Below, in pieces: positions 9,792 to 19,333 of a stretch of 32,000 bases of DNA. The stretch spans positions 1,320,001 to 1,352,000 of the forward strand of contig OX638337.1 of assembly GCA_951812855.1 (NCBI GenBank). The letters are read 5' to 3'. The position numbers and the translations under genes were made by a program. The stretch is from an uncultured Lentisphaeria bacterium (GTDB lineage: Bacteria; Verrucomicrobiota; Lentisphaeria; JABSQK01; JAJFLO01). The first letter of the stretch is position 1; every line of letters begins with the position of its first letter. The notes beneath the pieces were generated by a model. It saw nothing but the letters and a program-made list of their open reading frames with translations, did no database searches and was not told the DNA's origin.

Positions 9792-10831
9792 TGTCTGACG
9801 ATACAATCAATACCAGAAAGACTGAACATATTAACATCGTTGACAAGGCTCATGGAATTGATCGCAAAAAGGCATATTTTGATTTAATTCGTCTCCACCA
9901 TCGAGCCTTGCCGGAAATCGATTATTCCGGGGTTGATCCGTCGTTATCAATTATGGGAAAGCAATTATCATTTCCTCTATTAATTTCATCTATGACGGGA
10001 GGTGAAAATAGTCTCATTGAAAAAATTAATATGAACCTGGCGTTAGCTGCACAGGAAACCAATGTTGCGATGGCTGCGGGTTCACTGCGGGTAATATTTG
10101 ACAATCCCAAAGCTGAAAAAAGTTTTCATATTCGTCAATATGCACCGGATACGCTTCTGTTTTCAAATATTGGAGCAATACAGCTTAACTGCGAATTAAA
10201 CACAGAATCGTGTAAAAAAGCAATTGATGTTGTTGGTGCTGACGGGATATTTCTGCACTTAAATCCACTGCAGGAGGTTATTCAGCCAGAAGGCGATACA
10301 AACTTCAGGGGTTTGGCAGATAAAATAGGAAATGTTGTCCGTGAATTAGATTCAAACGTAATTGTAAAGGAAGTAGGTTCAGGGATGTCTTGTTCTGATG
10401 TAGAATTACTCATTTCACAAAATGTCAAATATATTGATGTTGCAGGATCCGGGGGAACGTCATGGAGCCGGATTGAACATTTCCGGCAACCCGGAGACGA
10501 TGGAAATTCTCTGGGAATTACATTTGAAGACTGGGGTATTCCAACTCCCGAATCCCTTATACAGCTTAATAAGTATAAAGATAAGATCACACTGTTTGGA
10601 TCCGGAGGTCTGCGTAACGGAATTGATATGGTTAAAGCCGTAATTCTCGGTGCATCATTATGTGGTATTGCATCTCCGTTTTTACGACCGGCGATGAACT
10701 CCTGTGAAGATGTGATCAAGGTAATTGAGCAATTCAAGCTTGAATTCAAGACAACAATGTTTCTTCTTGGAATAGATAATTTCAAGGATCTGATGGGTAA
10801 TCAATCATTGATATCTCAGTCATACTATTAA
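9788..10831 (+). CDS. fni: Type 2 isopentenyl-diphosphate delta-isomerase (FMN-dependent)
   Basis: RKTEHINIV, HRALPEIDYS, ISSMTGG, HLNPLQEVIQPEGDTNF, VKEVGSGMS, IDVAGSGGTSWSRIE. The preferred start ATG 9788 overlaps the HMGR TGA (ATGA). The ORF-track start at 9701 lies inside the HMGR gene. Confidence 0.9.
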   Translation: MMSDDTINTRKTEHINIVDKAHGIDRKKAYFDLIRLHHRALPEIDYSGVDPSLSIMGKQLSFPLLISSMTGGENSLIEKINMNLALAAQETNVAMAAGSLRVIFDNPKAEKSFHIRQYAPDTLLFSNIGAIQLNCELNTESCKKAIDVVGADGIFLHLNPLQEVIQPEGDTNFRGLADKIGNVVRELDSNVIVKEVGSGMSCSDVELLISQNVKYIDVAGSGGTSWSRIEHFRQPGDDGNSLGITFEDWGIPTPESLIQLNKYKDKITLFGSGGLRNGIDMVKAVILGASLCGIASPFLRPAMNSCEDVIKVIEQFKLEFKTTMFLLGIDNFKDLMGNQSLISQSYY

Positions 10832-10984
10832 AAAATATAAAATTTTGCATAAAAAGTTCGCCTGTGAAAATGAGTGCATTTAAATAAGTTAAGTTTTAAG
10901 GATTGTTATACATTACCAAATCGCTGAACATTTCAGCTGTTTCCTGAACAATGCAGCTCTAATTACGTTTCGAACTTCATACCG

Positions 10985-11530
10985 TGGCACTGCCTCAAAT
11001 TTCATTATTCATTCCCTGTCTGGCCGAACATATCCTCCCGGCAATATGTATGTCAATGGTTTCAGTATGGGAAGGAGTTCCCCGGCCGAGCAGTTTTTAC
11101 GACTTGTGTATAAACTCTTCCACCTCATTTAATCAAGCTGGACACAGTGGTTTTACCTCTTACTCCCCTCCTCTAAGACCCCGGGTTCTTCGTGCTCCAA
11201 AACAGCTTTTGTTAATCTCGATTTCACCAACTTCAAAAGAACTCTCTTCATCACAAACTTCAGCGATACGATGTCTAATGGCTTTAAGTATCTTATTTAT
11301 ACTGTTTCGACTTATATTTGTAATTTCAGCAATTTACGGCACCTGAAGTCATTGAGAGTTCAAAAAATATTGATTCTAAATCCGTACATGAAGTAAATGC
11401 TGATATACATTTAGATTGATCCAGGAAATGATGACCATTCCCCAAATAACCCGACCGGGGTTTGATAAAGGCAGTTCGAAATTTGAAAAAATTCTGGAAA
11501 GTATTTGCTGACTCACAGTCTTCATTTTAT
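10985..11530 (-). pseudogene. IS1595-family (ISXO2-like) transposase gene remnant with frameshifts and in-frame stops
   Basis: Minus-strand translations give ...SRIFSNFELPLSNPGRVIWGMV..., IAEITNISRNSINKILKAIRHRIAEVCDEESSFEVGEIEINKSCFGARRTRGLRGGE* (11163-11228 covers GEIEINKSCFG, cf vEiDEsyfGG), then KTTVSSLIK*GGRVYTQVVK and, after a shift in an A-run, NCSAGELLPILK. At least two frameshifts and two stops. The N-terminal zinc-ribbon part is missing. Confidence 0.55.
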
Positions 11531-11634
11531 ATTCTGAACCGATTTTCAGAAACACTTTAAAAACATTGATAAATAGAAACAATTCGTTAGCCAAGATTAA
11601 TTGAGTTGGGGTGATGAACAAAAGGGATTAACAT

Positions 11635-12561
11635 ATGAAAATTCTGGTCACAGGCGGCTGCGGTTTCATTGGCAGTCATATCGTTGAACATTTTCAGGGA
11701 AAAGCTGATGTGAAAGTCCTGGATAATTTACGTAGCGGTTTTCGTCACAACCTTGATGGGTTTGATGTTGACATTATCGAAGGATCCATCATGGATCAGG
11801 GTCTTTTACGTGATGCCGTTCGCGGTATTGACTTTGTATTTCATCTTGCCGCGATGGTTAGTGTCCCTGAATCAATGCATAACCCCGTTGAATGTACAGA
11901 AATTAATACGATCGGGACATTAAATGTTTTAGAAGCTGCTGCATCGGCGAACGTAAAGAAACTTTCCCTGAGCAGTTCATCTGCAGTCTACGGTAATAAT
12001 CCCATCGTGCCAAAGGTCGAAAGCATGATACCAGAGCCTAAAAGTCCCTACGCAATTTCGAAACTTGACGGTGAATATTATTGTAAACTATTTAATGATG
12101 AAGGCTGGTTAAAAACAGTATGTTTACGTTACTTTAATGTATTCGGCCCCCGTCAGGACCCCGGGAGTCAGTATGCCGCCGCAGTTCCAATATTTATTGA
12201 TAAGGCATTAAAAAACGAACCGTTAACGGTTTATGGAGACGGAGAGCAAACCCGAGATTTTGTTTATGTCAAAGACATCGTTGAAGCTAACCGGTTTTTG
12301 ACAACGGAAACGACCGACACAGGGGTTTATAATATCGCTTATGGGAAAAAAATCGCAATTAATGATCTGGCCGGAAAAATTATTGAACTTACCGAGTCCA
12401 AAAGTGACACTTGCTATATGCCGGAACGTCCGGGTGATGTACTGCATTCTCTGGCGTCAATTGATAAATTAAAAAACACCGGGATTCAGCTGGCGGATGA
12501 ATTTGACAACGGCTTAACGAAAACAATAGATTATTTTCGTAAATCTAATCAGTCAGTCTGA
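11635..12561 (+). CDS. NAD-dependent nucleotide-sugar epimerase/dehydratase (extended SDR)
   Basis: ILVTGGCGFIGSH Rossmann motif, catalytic YAISK, GEQTRDFVYVKDIVEAN. Resembles UDP-sugar 4-epimerases of the WbpP/TviC type. Confidence 0.9.
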   Translation: MKILVTGGCGFIGSHIVEHFQGKADVKVLDNLRSGFRHNLDGFDVDIIEGSIMDQGLLRDAVRGIDFVFHLAAMVSVPESMHNPVECTEINTIGTLNVLEAAASANVKKLSLSSSSAVYGNNPIVPKVESMIPEPKSPYAISKLDGEYYCKLFNDEGWLKTVCLRYFNVFGPRQDPGSQYAAAVPIFIDKALKNEPLTVYGDGEQTRDFVYVKDIVEANRFLTTETTDTGVYNIAYGKKIAINDLAGKIIELTESKSDTCYMPERPGDVLHSLASIDKLKNTGIQLADEFDNGLTKTIDYFRKSNQSV

Positions 12562-12615
12562 CCCCGCCGCAGTTCCCGGCCCCTCGGCCCGGTTGATTGC
12601 TGCTGCAACCGCTTT

Positions 12616-12644
12616 GGTCCCCCTCCGGTCCGACACCACGAGAA
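12616..12644. repeat. Left copy of a 29-bp GC-rich inverted repeat, embedded in an ~80-bp GC-rich island (12561-12644)
   Basis: The reverse complement of 12616-12644 is ttctcgtggtgtcggaccggagggggacc. 23697-23725 reads ttctctgggtgtcggatcggagggggacc. That is 26/29 identical ungapped, with a 21/22 core. The island starts right at the epimerase stop codon and contrasts with the AT-rich surroundings. Confidence 0.8.
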
Positions 12645-12664
12645 ATGAAATTATAGAAAGAAAG

Positions 12665-12973
12665 TTACACTCCCTTGAAGGCTGTGACGTTTGTTTGACA
12701 GGCGTCAATCAGAGTATTCATTTCAATTGCTGATTCGCTGCTGAATACCTCTTTAACTTTCTTGAAAATACCCCGGTGTTTCTCAAGCGTCGCAAAAATA
12801 TCAACAATCCAGGTTTCCAGAGCTTTTTCCATTGTTTCCAGGGTATATCCTGTTGTCTTTATATCCTGCAGCACAATTAAGCGGGCTGCACCAATACCCC
12901 TTAATTTGTTTTCACATCGCAGGTCTTTAAGCATTTGCCATTGATTCGGACCCAAGATCAATTTTTCCAACAC
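12665..12973 (-). CDS. Hypothetical protein (possibly a 5'-truncated gene remnant)
   Basis: 102-aa ORF from GTG 12973. The same frame stays open upstream to ~13130 without any ATG. I recognise no family. Confidence 0.4.
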   Translation of the reverse strand: MLEKLILGPNQWQMLKDLRCENKLRGIGAARLIVLQDIKTTGYTLETMEKALETWIVDIFATLEKHRGIFKKVKEVFSSESAIEMNTLIDACQTNVTAFKGV

Positions 12974-13309
12974 CGCCTGCAGCCATTCAAAATCATCATT
13001 CTGAAATCGGGCGTCTGTGACGGTCGAAACATTTTTAATATTGGCAGGAAATAGATTGTTTAATTTAACCGGATAGATTTTGTTTATTAATGAAAATGAC
13101 AGTTGGGTGGAAGATATGATGTCGTGTCAGTCATGCCTGTGAATTTTTTCTGCAGTTTATGATTTGTGTTTAAAACTATTTTGATTCACAGGCTGCTTTT
13201 TACAACTTTTCAGCTCTTAACTCAGTGCCATTCGGGTCAATCCTTTCTTTTTAATTTTTATTCCTGATATACTTTATAAATTTTAATTATTTCTGAATCT
13301 TAAACAACT

Positions 13310-16300
13310 ATGATAAATTTCTTACAACCGAAATGGAAACATCCTGAAAAGACTGTGCGATTAGCAGCCATTGGTGAACTTGACCCGCAGCAGGATCTTG
13401 AGCTGATTATCGAAATTATCAATTCGGACAACGATCGTGACGTGTTAACAGCCACTATTGATAAAATGCGTAATGTCGATGCCCTGGAGTCGATATTACA
13501 GTCCGCATCATCACGGAGTAACTTGGTTGTTCTAATACAAAATAAGTTGAATCGACTCTATTTTGATCGGGTCGTTCTCAGTAACAGCAACATCGATATT
13601 GATGATGTATTGATGAAGATTTCAGATGAAAAAATTCTTGAAGAAATTGTTAATAGAGTTGATTCAATTGACTTAAAAAAATTAGCAGTAAGTAAGATTT
13701 CAGACAACGCAATTTTGTCCAGATTAACAGAGAGTAAATGTGGTAAAATTATTGGCTGTATTGCTGTAGACAGGGTTTTTGATGAAAATTATTTAAATCG
13801 AATCGCATCACACGCATCGAATAAACATGTTCGGACGTATGCTTTAAAAAAAGTAGATCAACTGACACATAAAGAACCGGAGTTGTCAGAATCAGAGAAA
13901 AGAGAGTTAAAACTTAAAGAATTGTCAAACTCAGCCAATCGTTTGGCTGTTTCCTGGAACTGGGAATATGCAGCAAAAACATTTAAGCAAAATAAATTGG
14001 ATTGGGAAGCATTAGATACGAACAATGAACATTATCTAAAATCTAATTTTGATCAGTTGTATTCTCAGTTTTTTGAACGTTATGACGCCTTTAAAATCAA
14101 ACAGAGAGAAATAGAAAAGAACCTCGAAGAAATAAATAAAATTATTAATTATCACAAGGACATCTGTAGCGGAATTGCGTCTCTGCAGTATTCAAATGAT
14201 GATCAATCCGATATTAAATTTAATAATTATAAGTCCAATTGGACAGTGTTGCCGGATAATGATGACTTTAAGGGACTCATTGAATTGTATGAACGTGAAT
14301 GTTCCGCTTATGAAGAGCGGAAGCATCAAATTCTTGAAGATACTGAAAAAAGGCAGCAACTCGAAACCCAATTATCCGAAATCTGCAGTCAGGTGGAAAA
14401 ATTGGTTGAATTTGTTGATTTAGCGGAGGCCGAAAGTTGTTTGAAACGATGGAATAAAGACTGGACTGATCTCTATGATAACGATGATGACAGCATGATT
14501 GATCTTCACGATCGATTTTTGCAAGCATTAGATACGTTCGAAAAAAGAAAAGAGCATTATCTTTCTGAAATAGACCGGCGAGAGAAAAATTTTATTCAGA
14601 AACTGAATGAATTGTGCAAATCTATTGAACAATTTTCCGCAGCGGATGGAACAGATTTAATAAAATCAGAGAAACAGGTAAAGGCAACTCAGAGAGAATG
14701 GGATGAAATTAAGTGGCCGGAGCCGGATAAGAATAAAGAATTTATCAATTTGAGAAAGCGATTTAAAGGTGTATGCGATTGTTATTATGAAAAATTACGA
14801 GACTGCCGAGAAAAAGATGGATGGGAAAAGTGGTCTAATTTAACAGCAAAAGAAGAATTATGTAAGGCCGTCGAAAAACTGGAGGCTGAGGCTGATGTCT
14901 ACAAAATTTCAAAACAAATAAAGGAATATCACAAAAAATGGAAAACGATTGGAAGGGTTCCTTTTGAAAAGGCTGACTACATCAATAATCGATTTAAAAC
15001 ATGCAGCGACGTAATTTATAAACGGTGCAATCTGTTTTTTACACATATTGAAGAGGACCGACAGAAAAATCTTCAATTGAAAAGAGAAATTAATTCAGAA
15101 ATTAGTGCATATATAGACTCTTCGGCAACCTGGAAGGCGGCTGATAAAGTAAAAAAATTACAAAAAAAATGGTGGGAAGCCGGGGCTGTTCCTAAAGGTG
15201 AAAAGGATGATTTGGAGAAACTGTTCAAATCAAACTGTGATGTATTTTTTACTAAACATAAAAATTATCTGGAGCAGTTGTCAAAGCAACACGATGATAA
15301 TGCTGGAAAAAAAGAGCTGCTGTGTATTAAAGCTGAATCATTGCAGACAATCGATAATTGGCAGGCTGCTATTGATACTGTTAAGAAGTTGCAAAAAGAA
15401 TGGAAGCATACGGGACCTGCCTCGGTAAAACAGGAAAAAAAGTTATGGAACCGTTTCAACAAATCTTTAAATGAGTTTTTCAGTGAAGCGGCAAAAAACA
15501 GTCCCCAAAATCTCACAGATAAAAAGGCACTGGCAGAAGAGTTGTCAGATCGTTTAAAAGATGTCAAAACCGACGCAGATATCACCAAGGATAATATCAA
15601 AAAACTCACAGATGAGGTACGGTGTATTCAGAAAAAATGGAAATCTATCGGACCTGTTCCCGAGAATGAGGAAGAGTCCATTAATGAATTATTCCAGAAT
15701 TTCTGTGATTCTTTTTATGACATTCGACGCATTTTTTTAAGGAAATCTAAAGATTATCAGAAAAAGCAGCTTTCCACTAAGAAAACTATGCTTGATGAGA
15801 TCAGGAATTTAGCTGCAGATACAACGGATTGGAAACGTTCTTCTGCCAAGGTTAAAAAATTAATGAAATCATGGACAGTGATTGGCGAATTAAATTTGGT
15901 TGACAGTCGGCAGACCGATAAACAGTTCCAACACTTCTACAACCTGTTCTTCGAAAAGGAAAAGATACATTCCGGGAAAATAGACAATAAACAGTTAACA
16001 AATTTAAAAAGTAAAGAAGAATTATGTTATCGTATGGAGTTACTGGCTGACAGTGACAGGAAAACAGGGACTCAAAATGATGATTCATCATTATCACTTT
16101 CAAAACAATTAGAAATAGCATTCGAATCAAATTTTATTTCAGCATCAAAACAAGCTGGTACACAGGAACAGAATTGGCACAATTCGTTAGCTGAGGTAAA
16201 AAAAATACAAACTGAATGGGAAAAAATCGGTGCATGTCCTGCCGAATCAGAATATAGTTTAAATCAACGTCTCAAGAAAGCTGAAGATAAATTTTTTTCA

Positions 16301-16570
16301 AAGCGGCCCAGAGTAAAACGTATTGATGACCCTGCTGTCCTGAAGGCAAATTTAATTGAGAAAACAAAAATTTGTGAAACGATAGAAGAGCTGTCTAAAA
16401 AAGAAGATCTGCCGTCAGTTCTCAATGTCGCAAAGAAATGGCAGAAAAAATGGAAAGATACTGGTCCGGTTTCATCAAAAAGAGAATCTGACAGTCTTTG
16501 GCAGCGATATCATTCTGCATGTGATATTATTTACAGTGCTGTTCGAGAAACACGTGAAAATTCGTATTAG
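13310..16570 (+). CDS. DUF349 repeat protein with N-terminal HEAT-like region
   Basis: 1086 aa with about 11 copies of the DUF349-type repeat, e.g. KKWKTIGRVPFEKADYINNRFKTCSDVIY, KKLQKEWKHTGPASVKQEKKLWNRFNKSLNEFF and KKWQKKWKDTGPVSSKRESDSLWQRYHSACDIIY. The N-terminus (VRLAAIGEL...) looks like HEAT repeats. Confidence 0.85.
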   Translation: MINFLQPKWKHPEKTVRLAAIGELDPQQDLELIIEIINSDNDRDVLTATIDKMRNVDALESILQSASSRSNLVVLIQNKLNRLYFDRVVLSNSNIDIDDVLMKISDEKILEEIVNRVDSIDLKKLAVSKISDNAILSRLTESKCGKIIGCIAVDRVFDENYLNRIASHASNKHVRTYALKKVDQLTHKEPELSESEKRELKLKELSNSANRLAVSWNWEYAAKTFKQNKLDWEALDTNNEHYLKSNFDQLYSQFFERYDAFKIKQREIEKNLEEINKIINYHKDICSGIASLQYSNDDQSDIKFNNYKSNWTVLPDNDDFKGLIELYERECSAYEERKHQILEDTEKRQQLETQLSEICSQVEKLVEFVDLAEAESCLKRWNKDWTDLYDNDDDSMIDLHDRFLQALDTFEKRKEHYLSEIDRREKNFIQKLNELCKSIEQFSAADGTDLIKSEKQVKATQREWDEIKWPEPDKNKEFINLRKRFKGVCDCYYEKLRDCREKDGWEKWSNLTAKEELCKAVEKLEAEADVYKISKQIKEYHKKWKTIGRVPFEKADYINNRFKTCSDVIYKRCNLFFTHIEEDRQKNLQLKREINSEISAYIDSSATWKAADKVKKLQKKWWEAGAVPKGEKDDLEKLFKSNCDVFFTKHKNYLEQLSKQHDDNAGKKELLCIKAESLQTIDNWQAAIDTVKKLQKEWKHTGPASVKQEKKLWNRFNKSLNEFFSEAAKNSPQNLTDKKALAEELSDRLKDVKTDADITKDNIKKLTDEVRCIQKKWKSIGPVPENEEESINELFQNFCDSFYDIRRIFLRKSKDYQKKQLSTKKTMLDEIRNLAADTTDWKRSSAKVKKLMKSWTVIGELNLVDSRQTDKQFQHFYNLFFEKEKIHSGKIDNKQLTNLKSKEELCYRMELLADSDRKTGTQNDDSSLSLSKQLEIAFESNFISASKQAGTQEQNWHNSLAEVKKIQTEWEKIGACPAESEYSLNQRLKKAEDKFFSKRPRVKRIDDPAVLKANLIEKTKICETIEELSKKEDLPSVLNVAKKWQKKWKDTGPVSSKRESDSLWQRYHSACDIIYSAVRETRENSY

Positions 16571-16816
16571 TTCAATTTCATTGTTTCTTAAATTAAGGGT
16601 GTTTGACGGTAATACTGTTTGTTGTGCTGACAGATTTTTTTAAGCCGCTTCTCTTCTGATTTCTTTCTGGTGACTTGTCGCTTTCGTTCGATTTGTCGCA
16701 GATTGTTAGGTATTTGCTTTAAATCTATTATGCTTGCTCCAAAATACTACAGATAACTGTTGGATGAATTCTTTCCGGGATAGCCGAAACCTTCAAATGC
16801 AATAACGATTATCCAT

Positions 16817-19333
16817 ATGAGCAAAGAAACAACACTGACTCCGATGATGCTTCAATATCGGAATGCCAAGAAAGAAATACCTTCTGATGCGTTACTCTTA
16901 TTTCGCATGGGAGACTTTTATGAATTGTTTTTTGAAGATGCGGTAAAAGGGAGTCAGATCATGGACATTGCACTCACTAAACGCGCAGGCGTTCCTATGG
17001 CCGGGATTCCGCATCATGCCATGCAGAGTTATTTAAGCCGATTACTCAATGCAGGAGTTAAGGTTGCCATTGCTGAACAAATGGAGGATCCCAAACTGGC
17101 TAAGGGTATTGTTAAGCGGGAAGTTACTCAAATCATTACCCCGGGAACAATTTGTGACGGCGATATATCAGCATCCGGGAAGAGTAATTTTTTAGTCGGC
17201 ATTATTGAATCTAAAAAGGGTGACTATGGTGTTGCCAGTTTAGATATAAGTACAGGGAATTTCCGGATAACTCAGGTGAATACTTTTGAACTGCTCGAAG
17301 CTGAACTGGGGCGGCTTCAGCCTGCAGAGTGTCTCCTTTCCGAATCGCTTTACAAGGTGTGGCAGGATGATGTGTTCCCGGATGTTTCAACAAAAATCAA
17401 TTGGACAATGTCAGAAGACTGGATCTTCGACTATGCCCTGGCCGGAGATGAGTTGCATCGTCACTTTGGAGTGACGTCACTTGATGGTTTCGGTTGTCGC
17501 GAATATCCGATAGCCGTGAGAGCTGCAGGGGCCGTTTTTCATTACGTACAAAATGTCTTACGCAGAAAAACCGATCACATTACGGTATTGTCACCGTATT
17601 CATCTCAATCATACATGATCGTTGATCGAATATCGCAACGTAATCTGGAACTTGTCGAACCGTTATTTTCAGATTCGAAAAATTCTGCCCTGATCAGAAT
17701 ACTGGATCAGTCTATCACCCCGATGGGCGGCAGATTGTTGACCGAATGGATATTGAGACCCTTATTGAATAAGCATGATATCGATGCCCGTCTGGATGCA
17801 GTGAGCGTCTATGCTGAGGATCAACTGTTACTTTTGGAGTTAAGGGAGGCACTGAAAGGGATACGGGATATTGAGCGTACTATTTCCAGACTGAATGTCG
17901 GCAGTGCAAATGCTCGGGATTTACTGGTCATTCAACGTGCATTAACAATGATCCCGGGGATCAAGGCAATTGTTTCACTGAATAAAGATGTTGAAATCCT
18001 TGGTGGTGTATTTGAAAAAATGCATGAATTTCCGGAATTGGCAACTCTTATTGAAAAGGCAATTGTAGAAGAACCGCCTATAACCATAAAAGATGGCGGA
18101 ATGATTCATGACGGATATCATGACCATCTGGATGAATTCAGGCGGGGTGCAAAAGATGGAAAGAGCTGGATTGCAAAACTTCAGCAGGATGAGCAGGAAA
18201 AAACAGGAATTAAGTCAATAAAAGTAAGATTCAACAAGGTTTTCGGGTATTATATTGAAGTGAGCAACAGAAATTCGGATCTTGTTCCGGAGAATTATGT
18301 ACGAAAGCAGACGTTGGTTAATGCAGAGCGTTTCATCACTTCTGAACTGAAAGACGTTGAAAATAAGATTCTCGGAGCAGAAGACAAAGCAAAAGCTCTT
18401 GAATATGAAATCTTTCAAAACATTCGTTCAGAAGTCATTTCACAAACCGCATTATTTCAAACAATGGCCAATGCAATTGCAGTATTGGATGCAGTCGCAG
18501 CTCTTGCACATGTTGCTCTGGAGAATAATTATAAACGACCAAAAATTTCATCCGATATCATTATCGATATCAAAGGCGGCCGGCATCCTGTTGTCGATCA
18601 CTTGATGACGGATGAATTATTTGTACCGAACGATTCGTATCTGAATAATTTTGACAATCAGATTCTGATTATAACAGGACCCAATATGGCGGGTAAGTCG
18701 ACCTATATTCGGCAAGTCGCATTATTGGTATTAATGGCACAAATGGGCAGTTATATACCCGTTGAATCAGCAACAATTGGCGTTGTTGACAGAATTTTTA
18801 CCCGAATCGGCGCTGCAGACGATTTATCCAAGGGACAGAGTACGTTTATGGTGGAGATGCTCGAAACCGCTAATATTTTGAACAACGCAACACCAAACAG
18901 TCTTGTCATACTCGATGAAGTCGGGCGGGGGACCAGTACCTTTGACGGGCTGAGTATTGCCTGGGCAATTGCGGAATTTATACATAACAATCAAAACCTG
19001 AAAGCAAGGACTTTGTTCGCGACTCATTACCATGAATTAACTGAACTTTCGATGACCTTCCCCGGTATAAAAAATTATAATGTTGCTGTGATAGAATCAG
19101 GTGACACGATTAAATTTATAAGAAAAATCTTACCGGGAGCTGCTGATAAGAGCTATGGCATACATGTTGCCAGATTAGCAGGGCTGCCAAAAACTGTATT
19201 GGAAAGAGCTGACGAAGTACTGGATAATCTTCAGGGAAATGCAATTGATGAAGAAAGTCATCAGCCAAAATTGGCAAAACGAAAGAAGAAACGAACCAAT
19301 GACAACCAACAACCAAATTTATTTGAATTGTAA
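16817..19333 (+). CDS. mutS: DNA mismatch repair protein MutS
   Basis: TPMMLQY...FRMGDFYELFFEDA mismatch-binding N-terminus. GPNMAGKST Walker A, STFMVEM, DEVGRGTSTFDG Walker B, THYHEL. The C-terminal QQPNLFEL resembles a beta-clamp-binding motif. Confidence 0.97.
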   Translation: MSKETTLTPMMLQYRNAKKEIPSDALLLFRMGDFYELFFEDAVKGSQIMDIALTKRAGVPMAGIPHHAMQSYLSRLLNAGVKVAIAEQMEDPKLAKGIVKREVTQIITPGTICDGDISASGKSNFLVGIIESKKGDYGVASLDISTGNFRITQVNTFELLEAELGRLQPAECLLSESLYKVWQDDVFPDVSTKINWTMSEDWIFDYALAGDELHRHFGVTSLDGFGCREYPIAVRAAGAVFHYVQNVLRRKTDHITVLSPYSSQSYMIVDRISQRNLELVEPLFSDSKNSALIRILDQSITPMGGRLLTEWILRPLLNKHDIDARLDAVSVYAEDQLLLLELREALKGIRDIERTISRLNVGSANARDLLVIQRALTMIPGIKAIVSLNKDVEILGGVFEKMHEFPELATLIEKAIVEEPPITIKDGGMIHDGYHDHLDEFRRGAKDGKSWIAKLQQDEQEKTGIKSIKVRFNKVFGYYIEVSNRNSDLVPENYVRKQTLVNAERFITSELKDVENKILGAEDKAKALEYEIFQNIRSEVISQTALFQTMANAIAVLDAVAALAHVALENNYKRPKISSDIIIDIKGGRHPVVDHLMTDELFVPNDSYLNNFDNQILIITGPNMAGKSTYIRQVALLVLMAQMGSYIPVESATIGVVDRIFTRIGAADDLSKGQSTFMVEMLETANILNNATPNSLVILDEVGRGTSTFDGLSIAWAIAEFIHNNQNLKARTLFATHYHELTELSMTFPGIKNYNVAVIESGDTIKFIRKILPGAADKSYGIHVARLAGLPKTVLERADEVLDNLQGNAIDEESHQPKLAKRKKKRTNDNQQPNLFEL

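Noticed and set aside
10282-10785. 167-aa minus-strand ORF inside the IDI-2 gene
   Set aside because: It is antisense to a well-supported CDS. The Ser/Pro/Ile-rich composition is typical of antisense frames.
10984-11346. 120-aa plus-strand ORF (GTG start)
   Set aside because: It lies antisense to the recognisable IS1595-like transposase remnant. The low-complexity Ser/Pro-rich translation has no recognisable family. It is most likely a shadow ORF.
12616-12638. The GC-rich repeat ends in ...GTCCGACACCA, which looks like a tRNA 3' end and therefore like an integrase att site
   Set aside because: Working back from the CCA gives no T-stem pairing (gcttt vs ctccg) and no TTCGA-type loop. The two copies are inverted rather than direct, and no integrase gene is present.
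16615-16641. Weak hairpin (ctgt...acag) followed by T7 downstream of the DUF349 gene, considered as an intrinsic terminator
   Set aside because: The stem is only about 4 bp with an 11-nt loop. The T-run alone is not adequate evidence.
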